Part shown: positions 25,172-31,851 of the stretch, one piece after another
Layout: the number at the start of each line of letters is the position of its first letter
How positions within the stretch are numbered: the stretch's first letter is position 1
Assembly (NCBI GenBank): GCA_025839675.1
Contig: CP104013.1
Span: forward strand, 3,630,001-3,662,000
Source: Candidatus Lokiarchaeum ossiferum
GTDB lineage: Archaea; Asgardarchaeota; Lokiarchaeia; Sigyniarchaeales; Promethearchaeaceae
Length of the DNA: 32,000 nucleotides
Direction of reading: 5' to 3'
The notes under the pieces: generated by a model
What the model was told of the DNA's origin: nothing
The model's input: only the letters and a program-made list of their open reading frames with translations
Databases searched by the model: none
Program-made: the position numbers and the translations under genes

Positions 25172-25918
25172 ATGTCTAATCCAACTGAAAAGGTGCAACC
25201 AAAAATTGAAAACTCAGAGGAAACTAGCCCTAATCTCAAAGACTATTTTTCTACGGGGACTTATTCGAGAATTGAAAAGGGAGGTTTAGACTATATTCAA
25301 AAGAAGAAATGGTATCTTATTATTTCCGCAGTTTTCCCGATCTATATTTTTATTGTTGAAATTCTCACTACTCTCTTCTATTTGAGATCACTAAAAATGG
25401 AAGTGGAATTTCATGGAAGAGTGATATCCTATATACTTACTTCAAGTTTTGGAACGATGTTCATATTAATTCTGTTATTATTTCAGTTTCTTTTTCTTCT
25501 GGGTTGGAGAAAAAAATTACAGCAATATTTGGAACAAAAAGAGGGTAATCACTCACGGGATGCGGATCCAAATATTACAGATGGGGATTTAAACCAAACA
25601 ACAGAACAAAGAGTTTCCTTAACAAAACTCTTTTATGGTATTGTGAATCACATGGAAAAAATTCGGACTTTATTTTTCTTCCTCAATTTCTTAGCTCTTT
25701 ACATGATTTTTTCCAGCACCCGGATTTTCTGGCTTAACAAACGGCCATTTCAAATGGATAATCTCCAGTTTGGGATGATGAAATGGTTGAAAATAACATC
25801 ATCAATCTTGCTTCTCTTCTATTTAGGCTTTGAATGGTTTCATTTTCTCAAATGGAACCAAAAATTCTCTCAACTTCGGGCTTTTGAAAAACGTGTGTAT
25901 GAAGAATTGGATCTTTAA
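25172..25918 (+). CDS. Membrane protein, 4 predicted TM segments, unknown function
   Basis: ATG 25172 (the ORF-track start 25157 is TTG) lies 22 nt after the wHTH stop and is preceded by GGGAG. Two TM pairs are separated by a ~50-aa hydrophilic loop. I recognise no family. Confidence 0.6.
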   Translation: MSNPTEKVQPKIENSEETSPNLKDYFSTGTYSRIEKGGLDYIQKKKWYLIISAVFPIYIFIVEILTTLFYLRSLKMEVEFHGRVISYILTSSFGTMFILILLLFQFLFLLGWRKKLQQYLEQKEGNHSRDADPNITDGDLNQTTEQRVSLTKLFYGIVNHMEKIRTLFFFLNFLALYMIFSSTRIFWLNKRPFQMDNLQFGMMKWLKITSSILLLFYLGFEWFHFLKWNQKFSQLRAFEKRVYEELDL

Positions 25919-26010
25919 TTCGAGCCATTTTCTTCATAACTTTTTCTGTGCTTTTCTTTTTAAATTGTAAGGTTTAACTCATTTAGGGAAATATCTCGTA
26001 AATAGAACAC

Positions 26011-26017
26011 TTATATT
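26011..26017 (+). promoter_or_regulatory. TATA-like box positioned for a leaderless transcript of the 114-aa membrane protein gene
   Basis: TTATATT is centred ~25 nt upstream of the A of ATG 26039. No Shine-Dalgarno-like sequence lies in between. Confidence 0.3.
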
Positions 26018-26038
26018 GAAAAGCGACAAAATTAATTT

Positions 26039-26383
26039 ATGGCAGGTAAATATTTATCTTTGTCAAAAATTCTCTCCATTATCGGAGGGTTGCTCATGCT
26101 TATCATTGGGGTTCTTAGCCTTTTGAGCCATTTAAATATCTTTTCCTATTCAGTACCTCTAGGCTATGCTGGTTTGGGCTTATTGGGGGCACTTGTGGGT
26201 GCGATAGTGCTTATTGCTGTAGGAGTGCTGACGTTAATGGCAACTGGAACAGTAAAAAAATCTAGTTCAAAAGTTGGTTTTAATGGTGTAACGATCTTAA
26301 TTCTGGGTATAGTAGGCCTTTTATTTGGTGGTGGAGTTTGGGCTATTTTGCTTATCATCGCTGGAATTTTAATGTTAATTTAA
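26039..26383 (+). CDS. Small glycine-rich integral membrane protein (114 aa, ~4 TM), unknown function
   Basis: ATG ORF, almost entirely hydrophobic and Gly-rich helices (IIGGLLMLIIGVLSLL, GLGLLGALVGAIVLIAVGVLTLMA, ILILGIVGLLFGGGVWAILLIIAGILMLI). The antisense ORF 26164-26358 is a shadow. Confidence 0.6.
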   Translation: MAGKYLSLSKILSIIGGLLMLIIGVLSLLSHLNIFSYSVPLGYAGLGLLGALVGAIVLIAVGVLTLMATGTVKKSSSKVGFNGVTILILGIVGLLFGGGVWAILLIIAGILMLI

Positions 26384-26463
26384 AATTGATTCCATTTTTT
26401 GTTTTTTCTTTCTCTTCTCAATCTGGATATATTAATTTTTATGGGGAGAACTATCCTTTAGAC

Positions 26464-26480
26464 TTTATATAGTGATCACA
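26464..26480 (+). promoter_or_regulatory. TTTATATA box immediately followed by palindrome GTGATCAC (promoter/operator candidate for the secreted-protein gene)
   Basis: TTTATATA at 26464-26471 is an exact archaeal TATA consensus. The 8-bp palindrome GTGATCAC lies at 26473-26480. ATG 26536 is ~65 nt downstream. Confidence 0.3.
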
Positions 26481-26535
26481 CTAATTCTTTCTTAACTCCC
26501 CAGTAAAACTAAAATTGGGAAGAAAAGTGATAAAA

Positions 26536-27708
26536 ATGAAAAAAATTATAACAATGCCTCTTATGGCTTTGATTATTGTCAGTATGTTTAGTTCAATGGC
26601 ATTTATATCTGCGGATGAGGTCGGTGTAAATCCAGAAAATGGCAACCGTTATCAAGGCACTATAAAAGGAAATGAATCGGCTCAATTTAAATTTCAAAAT
26701 CGTCTAACATTTCAAATTCGCACCAATATGAGTCTTGATGTGGATATAACCTGTGACTGCGAAAATCCGCAGCTGAAAAATATGACTATGCTGTTAAATA
26801 CGACCCAAAATCGCAAAATGACCATGAATATTTCCAATAGTGAACCAGAATTAGGATTGTATAATGGAACAATTGTCATGGCCCAAAATCAACACCAATA
26901 TCAATTTCGAAACCAATATATCTACAATATCTCTTTGAATGGGACCGATGCCGTAAAAGCTCAACTTCGAACTCAGTGCGATGATCCAATGGCCACTTGG
27001 GCTTATTTAAATGAAGAAACCAACGTATGGGTACCAGTGCAATCCCAGTATGAAAATGGTGAAGTATTTGCTGACACCACTCACTTCTCTATTTGGACTG
27101 TGCTTTCCTCTTTACCCCAAGGGCCAAAAGATGTTGATGTAGATCACAAATTCAATGGTAAAGTTAATGCAAATGAGACCAATCAATTCAAATTCAAGAA
27201 CAATTTCCAATTCAATTTTCGTGCCAATAATAGCATGGAAGTAGACATTGAATGTGATGAAGCAGTTCAAGCAAAAACCATGGAAATGAATATGAATACC
27301 TCTGAACAAGTGCGATTACAAATCCGAATTAATAATTCTAACAGCGATTTGGGATTGACGAATGGGAGCACAATAAAAACACAAAACCGCTATCGATATC
27401 AGTTTATGGAAGGAGCAATCTTTAATTTCAGCTCAAATGCTACAGATCCTTTTATGGCTCAATTAAGATATCAAGTAGGAGAACAAAATTGCACTTGGGC
27501 CTACTATGACGAAGATAAAGGTGAATTTGTGATGGTACAATCTCAATTGGAAGATGGATATTTAATTGCCAACACCAATCACTTTTCAATCTGGACAATT
27601 CTAACCATCAACGAAATTGAAGATGAATCTACCATTCCAGGATATGCTTTCTTAGGTGTTTTTAGCATCTTGGGCTTAGCAGCAATAATTCTAAAGAAAA
27701 AACACTAA
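26536..27708 (+). CDS. Secreted, probably N-glycosylated surface protein with two ~150-aa internal repeats and a PGF-CTERM-like C-terminal anchor
   Basis: Signal peptide MKKIITMPLMALIIVSMFSSMAFISA starts at ATG 26536 (the ORF-track start 26515 is TTG). Repeat 1 spans ~26647-27105 and repeat 2 ~27148-27603; both end (T/N)HFSIWT(V/I)L. I counted about 15 N-x-S/T sequons. The C-terminus is TIPGYAFLGVFSILGLAAIILKKKH. Confidence 0.75.
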   Translation: MKKIITMPLMALIIVSMFSSMAFISADEVGVNPENGNRYQGTIKGNESAQFKFQNRLTFQIRTNMSLDVDITCDCENPQLKNMTMLLNTTQNRKMTMNISNSEPELGLYNGTIVMAQNQHQYQFRNQYIYNISLNGTDAVKAQLRTQCDDPMATWAYLNEETNVWVPVQSQYENGEVFADTTHFSIWTVLSSLPQGPKDVDVDHKFNGKVNANETNQFKFKNNFQFNFRANNSMEVDIECDEAVQAKTMEMNMNTSEQVRLQIRINNSNSDLGLTNGSTIKTQNRYRYQFMEGAIFNFSSNATDPFMAQLRYQVGEQNCTWAYYDEDKGEFVMVQSQLEDGYLIANTNHFSIWTILTINEIEDESTIPGYAFLGVFSILGLAAIILKKKH

Positions 27709-28568
27709 TAAACAAGAAATTTTTTTTTTTTTCTCTTTTCTAAACTGTGTTTCATGATATTATGATTGCGAATGGTTTGAGGATCATGATACGGTGTGAT
27801 ATCATCAAAAATAACATATAGCCCAAAACGGATAGTACTATTGGAAGAATTTAAATCGATGATATCACAAATCCCTTTGCCCCCGTATAGTGGAGTAACG
27901 AAATAATCTAAAAAACTCTCGAAAATCCCTGCTTGTATGAAATAATGTGCGTATCCGTTTCCATTTATAACTTCTTCTCCCAAATAGGTACCTTGTAAAG
28001 AAATTGTGGCAACTAATTGTGTATAAGGATCTGGAAAGCCTGTCTTTGAATCAATTTTGGATTCTAAGTGGTATTCCTCCAAACATTTCAGCTCTCCAAG
28101 TAATTGGCGAATATAAATGAAGAGATCCTTTTTGTGAAGTGTATCAAGACTCAATTCGTTTAAATTTGTATAATAATGCTTTAATTTTGGGAATATTGCT
28201 TTTCCCAGCTGTTTATATTTATTTTGTCCTTCTATTGTTTGAATATTCCAATTTTCTCCCCCAATTTTTGCGATTCCTTGTAATATCGCTTGATATTGAT
28301 GTCCGGAGACGCGAGATCGTAATCGATTGTGATGAATTGAATATATCTTGTCAGGACCTCGTTCAATCACTTTTTCTAGTTCAAGTTGATTGAGATATTT
28401 ATATAATGTATTTCGAGAGCAAGGAATATTATTATTTAAGTTAGCAAATTTTAATCCATCGGGATTTCGATTGAGTGTGGATAATATTTTTTCACGAATT
28501 AAAAGACCTTTGGGAGTATGCACAATCAAAAAATAGAAAATTATCGTTTTAAATATTACTATTTTCAT
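27705..28568 (-). CDS. wHTH-domain protein with uncharacterised ~190-aa C-terminal domain (putative ligand-sensing regulator)
   Basis: The N-terminal region REKILSTLNRNPDGLKFANLNNNIPCSRNTLYKYLNQLELEKVIERGPDKIYSI shows a winged-helix pattern. The start is uncertain: ATG 28568 gives a hydrophobic 17-aa leader, and GTG 28523 is an alternative. The 3' end overlaps the convergent gene by 4 nt. Confidence 0.6.
   Translation of the reverse strand: MKIVIFKTIIFYFLIVHTPKGLLIREKILSTLNRNPDGLKFANLNNNIPCSRNTLYKYLNQLELEKVIERGPDKIYSIHHNRLRSRVSGHQYQAILQGIAKIGGENWNIQTIEGQNKYKQLGKAIFPKLKHYYTNLNELSLDTLHKKDLFIYIRQLLGELKCLEEYHLESKIDSKTGFPDPYTQLVATISLQGTYLGEEVINGNGYAHYFIQAGIFESFLDYFVTPLYGGKGICDIIDLNSSNSTIRFGLYVIFDDITPYHDPQTIRNHNIMKHSLEKRKKKKFLVY
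27720..27732 (+). terminator. T13 tract after the secreted-protein gene (also encodes the Lys tail of the convergent gene)
   Basis: T13 starts 12 nt after the stop at 27708. On the minus strand the same bases encode ...KRKKKKF of the 287-aa ORF. Confidence 0.45.
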
Positions 28569-28664
28569 TTTTTAGTAATTCATATTTACTATATAAAAAA
28601 TGAAGTCACATCCACAAAAAATCAATTTGCAAAGTTTCTAAAATTATTCCGTGATATGCTCCTT

Positions 28665-29189
28665 ATGGCTATTTACAAATATGGTGAATTTACTCCCAAA
28701 ATTGATCCATCAGCATGGATTTTTCCTTCAGCTGATATTATTGGAAATGTGGAAGTCGGAAAAGGGGTGTATATTGGAGCTGGTGCGGTATTGCGCGGGG
28801 ATTATTGTAAGATAATTATTGAAGAGGGTGCGGCAATAGAAGAGCAAGTTTGTATTCATGCATCGCCAGGTAGCGAAACGATTGTAAAAAAAAATGCTGT
28901 AATCGGTCATAAAGCCATGTTGCATAAGTGCATAATTCATGAAGATGCTGTCATTGGAATGAATGCGGTTGTAACTAATAATGCAGAGATTGGTGAAGGT
29001 GCCATCATTGCTGAAGGTGCTGTTGTGAAAAATCGCGATATAATTCCCCCTCATATGATTGCTGCAGGTGTTCCAGCGAAAATAAGAGGCCCGGTACCAA
29101 AATCAACTCAAAGAGTGTGGTTGCAAGCAGGAAAAATTTATCGCCAACTCGCCATTGATTACAAAACAAAATTGATAAAATTGAAATAA
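28665..29189 (+). CDS. Gamma-class carbonic anhydrase-like / left-handed beta-helix (hexapeptide repeat) protein, YrdA/CaiE/PaaY family
   Basis: From ATG 28665 the product reads MAIYKYGEFTPKIDPSAWIFPSADIIGNVEVGKGVYIGAGAVLRGD..., with His pattern CIHASPG...IGHKAMLHKCIIHEDAVIGMNAVV typical of the family. The ORF-track start 28518 adds 49 low-complexity residues overlapping the divergent gene. Confidence 0.85.
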   Translation: MAIYKYGEFTPKIDPSAWIFPSADIIGNVEVGKGVYIGAGAVLRGDYCKIIIEEGAAIEEQVCIHASPGSETIVKKNAVIGHKAMLHKCIIHEDAVIGMNAVVTNNAEIGEGAIIAEGAVVKNRDIIPPHMIAAGVPAKIRGPVPKSTQRVWLQAGKIYRQLAIDYKTKLIKLK

Positions 29190-29219
29190 CTTGTTATTTT
29201 TTTCTATTTGGAGTTTATT

Positions 29220-29318
29220 GTGATAGGTAATCAAATTAACCAACTTTCTACTTCTGTTCGCCCCTATTCACAGATAGTTTTCTCCGAGCATCATCATCAT
29301 ATGCATCATCATTGTTAA
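29220..29318 (+). promoter_or_regulatory. Candidate his-operon leader ORF (32 codons, 7 His codons among the last 9 sense codons)
   Basis: GGAG (29210-29213), a 6-nt spacer, then GTG 29220. The translation is (M)IGNQINQLSTSVRPYSQIVFSEHHHHMHHHC*, with CAT codons at 29289-29300 and 29304-29312 and TAA at 29316-29318. It lies 170-190 nt upstream of hisC on the same strand. Confidence 0.4.
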
Positions 29319-29398
29319 ATGATGATTAGCTGCAATGCAACATTCGTTCGTTTCTGATTTTCCGTAGTAATTCTATTCAGCTATGACATTTTTACAAA

Positions 29399-29418
29399 GA
29401 AAATCAGTGATTTTTTTT
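29399..29418 (+). terminator. Small A/U-rich hairpin running into a T8 tract between the leader ORF and hisC (candidate attenuator terminator)
   Basis: GAAAATC (29399-29405), loop AGT, GATTTTT (29409-29415), with the T-run at 29411-29418. The 5' arm can alternatively pair with CTGATTTTC at 29354-29362 (9 perfect bp). Confidence 0.35.
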
Positions 29419-29485
29419 ACACAAATTAAAACCAACTCTTGAAAAATGGAGGTTAAAATCATGCAAAATACAAACCCAGGTGAAT

Positions 29486-30667
29486 ATGTTCACCTCAAAT
29501 TCAAATATGCAAACCAAGCCTAATACCCCGACAATTCGTCCAAGATCTATTATAGATCGAATCGTAGATTACGTCCCTCCCATTGAAAACCGGATGGGAA
29601 AGTTACGATTGGACTTTAATGAAAATACGATTGGTTGTTCTACCAAAATTTTGGAAGCCATACGTGAACTAACTGTTGAAGATTTCGCAGTATATCCGAA
29701 TTATTTGCCCTTTAAACAGAAACTTTCAAATTATCTTGAAGTTTCACCAAAAAATCTTCTGTTAACCAATGGAACCGATGAAGCGATAAAACTTGTCCTA
29801 GAAACTTATCTCGAAGCCCAAGATGATATTATTCTTCCCTCTCCGACCTTTTCCATGTTTGAAGTTTATGCTTCAATAGTTGGGTGTAAAATTACGAAAG
29901 TCCTTTACAAAAAAGATTTATCGTTCCCTTTTGATCAAACAATTGCCTCCATTACTTCGGATACTAAATTAGTAGTGTTGGTAAATCCAAATAACCCCAC
30001 AGGTACTGCAATATCCGAGGAAGAAATTTCTCAAATTCTCCAATTTACTCAAAAGAGAAATATTTTGGTGTTGATTGATGAAGCTTATTATCAGTTTTAT
30101 GGTAAATCGGCTATAAAATATTTGAATGAGTTTAAAAATCTAATAATATTGCAGACTTTTTCTAAAGCATTTGGATTAGCAGGTATTCGATTAGGATATA
30201 TAATCTCCAATCCATCCACAATCCAAACCTTACAAAAAGTACTATCTCCCTATAGTGTAAATAAATTAGCAATAGTTGCTGGTTCTGCAGCATTATCCGA
30301 TTTAGAATACATATCTGCATATACTAGGGAAATTCGTAAGAATCGACTATTTTTAGCTTTAGAAATTCAAAAACTTGGATTTAGTACTTTTCCATCTCAA
30401 GCTAATTTCATAGTGGTGAATTTCAAAGAGAAATGTGAGTTTTTATGTAATCAGTTAAAAATGGGTGGAATATTGACCCGAAATCGATCTAAATATCCTT
30501 TATTACAAAATTGCTTGCGAATCACTATTGGAACCAAGTACCAATGTGAGTTTTTACTAAAAGAAATTAAATTTCTCTTAGATCAATGGGATTTTTTTAC
30601 AAAAAAAGGGTATTCCATCCCTGATAATTTAATTAAAATACGAAATCAAAATGGTGCATGGAGATAA
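29486..30667 (+). CDS. hisC: Histidinol-phosphate aminotransferase
   Basis: Class-II aminotransferase motifs: ...RLDFNENTIG..., LVNPNNPTG, PLP-lysine block TFSKAFGLAGIRLGY. It is first in a his gene row. The start is ambiguous: GTG 29480, ATG 29486, or ATG 29507 (the last gives the most typical N-terminal length). Confidence 0.9.
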   Translation: MFTSNSNMQTKPNTPTIRPRSIIDRIVDYVPPIENRMGKLRLDFNENTIGCSTKILEAIRELTVEDFAVYPNYLPFKQKLSNYLEVSPKNLLLTNGTDEAIKLVLETYLEAQDDIILPSPTFSMFEVYASIVGCKITKVLYKKDLSFPFDQTIASITSDTKLVVLVNPNNPTGTAISEEEISQILQFTQKRNILVLIDEAYYQFYGKSAIKYLNEFKNLIILQTFSKAFGLAGIRLGYIISNPSTIQTLQKVLSPYSVNKLAIVAGSAALSDLEYISAYTREIRKNRLFLALEIQKLGFSTFPSQANFIVVNFKEKCEFLCNQLKMGGILTRNRSKYPLLQNCLRITIGTKYQCEFLLKEIKFLLDQWDFFTKKGYSIPDNLIKIRNQNGAWR

Positions 30668-30672
30668 ATAAA

Positions 30673-31260
30673 ATGAGAACAACCAAATTAACACGAAATA
30701 CAAATGAAACTCAAATTGACATATCCATTAATTTGGATGGAACCGGAATTTATGATGTCAAAACACCAATAGGATTTTTAACTCACATGTTAGAATCTTT
30801 TGCAAAACATGGCCTATTTGACTTAGAATTAAATTCTATGGGGGATTTGGAAGTCGATCAACACCACCTAGTGGAGGATGTTGGAATTGCTTTAGGGGAA
30901 GCTTTCGATCAAGTTTTAGGGGATAAAAAAGGGATCAATCGAAATGGATTCTGTATTTATCCTATGGATGATTCTCTTGTCACTGTAGCTTTAGATCTCG
31001 GAGGAAGGCCTTATTTCTCTTTTTTGGGAGAATTCCGACGAAGATACTGCGGAGAGTTGGATCTTGATTTACTTGAGGATTTCTTTAGAGGTTTTTCGAG
31101 TGCATTGAAAATAAATTTGTTTATTGAGATAAATCAAGGTACAAATGATCATCACAAAGTAGAGGCGATTTTCAAAGCCCTTGCCAAAAGTTTGATGCAA
31201 GCATGCAGTATTAATTCTCGTATCAAAAATATTATTCCGAGTACAAAAGGTGTGATCTAA
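30673..31260 (+). CDS. hisB: Imidazoleglycerol-phosphate dehydratase
   Basis: MRTTKLTRNTNETQIDISINLDGTG..., plus the DQHHLVEDVGIALGEAF and NDHHKVEAIFKALA motifs of IGPD. GGAG (30660-30663) lies 9 nt upstream of ATG 30673. The ORF-track ATG 30658 is an alternative. Confidence 0.92.
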   Translation: MRTTKLTRNTNETQIDISINLDGTGIYDVKTPIGFLTHMLESFAKHGLFDLELNSMGDLEVDQHHLVEDVGIALGEAFDQVLGDKKGINRNGFCIYPMDDSLVTVALDLGGRPYFSFLGEFRRRYCGELDLDLLEDFFRGFSSALKINLFIEINQGTNDHHKVEAIFKALAKSLMQACSINSRIKNIIPSTKGVI

Positions 31261-31851
31261 ATGGATGATAACATTGCAATAATTGATATTGGGAGTGGAA
31301 ATCTCCAAAGTGTTCAAAAAGTCCTCAAATACTTAGGAAAAGATTCAGAAATTATCGTTAATCCAGAGAAAATATCCAAGTTTGACAAAGTGATTTTACC
31401 TGGCGTAGGAAATTTTGGAAAAGTGATGGAGGGTATAAGATCAAGAGGATTTGAGACGCCAATCAAAGAAATTATCAATCAAAATACAAAATTCCTTGGG
31501 ATTTGTGTAGGGATGCAAGTTTTGTTTGAAAGTAGTGATGAGAGTCCGGGATGTCCAGGGCTATGTTCATTCAAAGGAAAAGTCCTCAAATTTCAAAAGG
31601 GAAAAATTCCCCAAATTGGATGGAACCTCCTTGAACCACGCGAATCTAAAATAATTTCTAAAGGGTATGTGTATTATGTCAATTCTTATTATGTTCAGCC
31701 TGAAAATGAATCCTTAATCTCTGCAACATCAGATTATTATGGAGAATTTACTGGTGCTATTCAATTCAAAAACCTCACGGCAGTACAATTCCACCCAGAA
31801 AAAAGTGGGGAATATGGTATTGAATTTTATCGGAGATGGTTATCGTGCTAA
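31261..31851 (+). CDS. hisH: Imidazole glycerol phosphate synthase, glutamine amidotransferase subunit
   Basis: [27 protein letters not shown], catalytic Cys block [11 protein letters not shown], and [14 protein letters not shown] lies 8 nt upstream of the ATG. Confidence 0.92.
   Translation: MDDNIAIIDIGSGNLQSVQKVLKYLGKDSEIIVNPEKISKFDKVILPGVGNFGKVMEGIRSRGFETPIKEIINQNTKFLGICVGMQVLFESSDESPGCPGLCSFKGKVLKFQKGKIPQIGWNLLEPRESKIISKGYVYYVNSYYVQPENESLISATSDYYGEFTGAIQFKNLTAVQFHPEKSGEYGIEFYRRWLSC

Noticed and set aside
28518-28664. 49-aa N-terminal extension of the LbH/gamma-CA-like gene proposed by the ORF track
   Set aside because: The extension (MHNQKIENYRFKYYYFHFLVIHIYYIKNE...) is low-complexity and overlaps the divergent gene's 5' end and the shared promoter region. 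Family members start at the equivalent of MAIYKYGEFTPKIDP (ATG 28665).
31069-31317. 82-aa minus-strand ORF across the hisB-hisH junction
   Set aside because: It is antisense to two genes with unambiguous His-biosynthesis motifs and has no features of its own.
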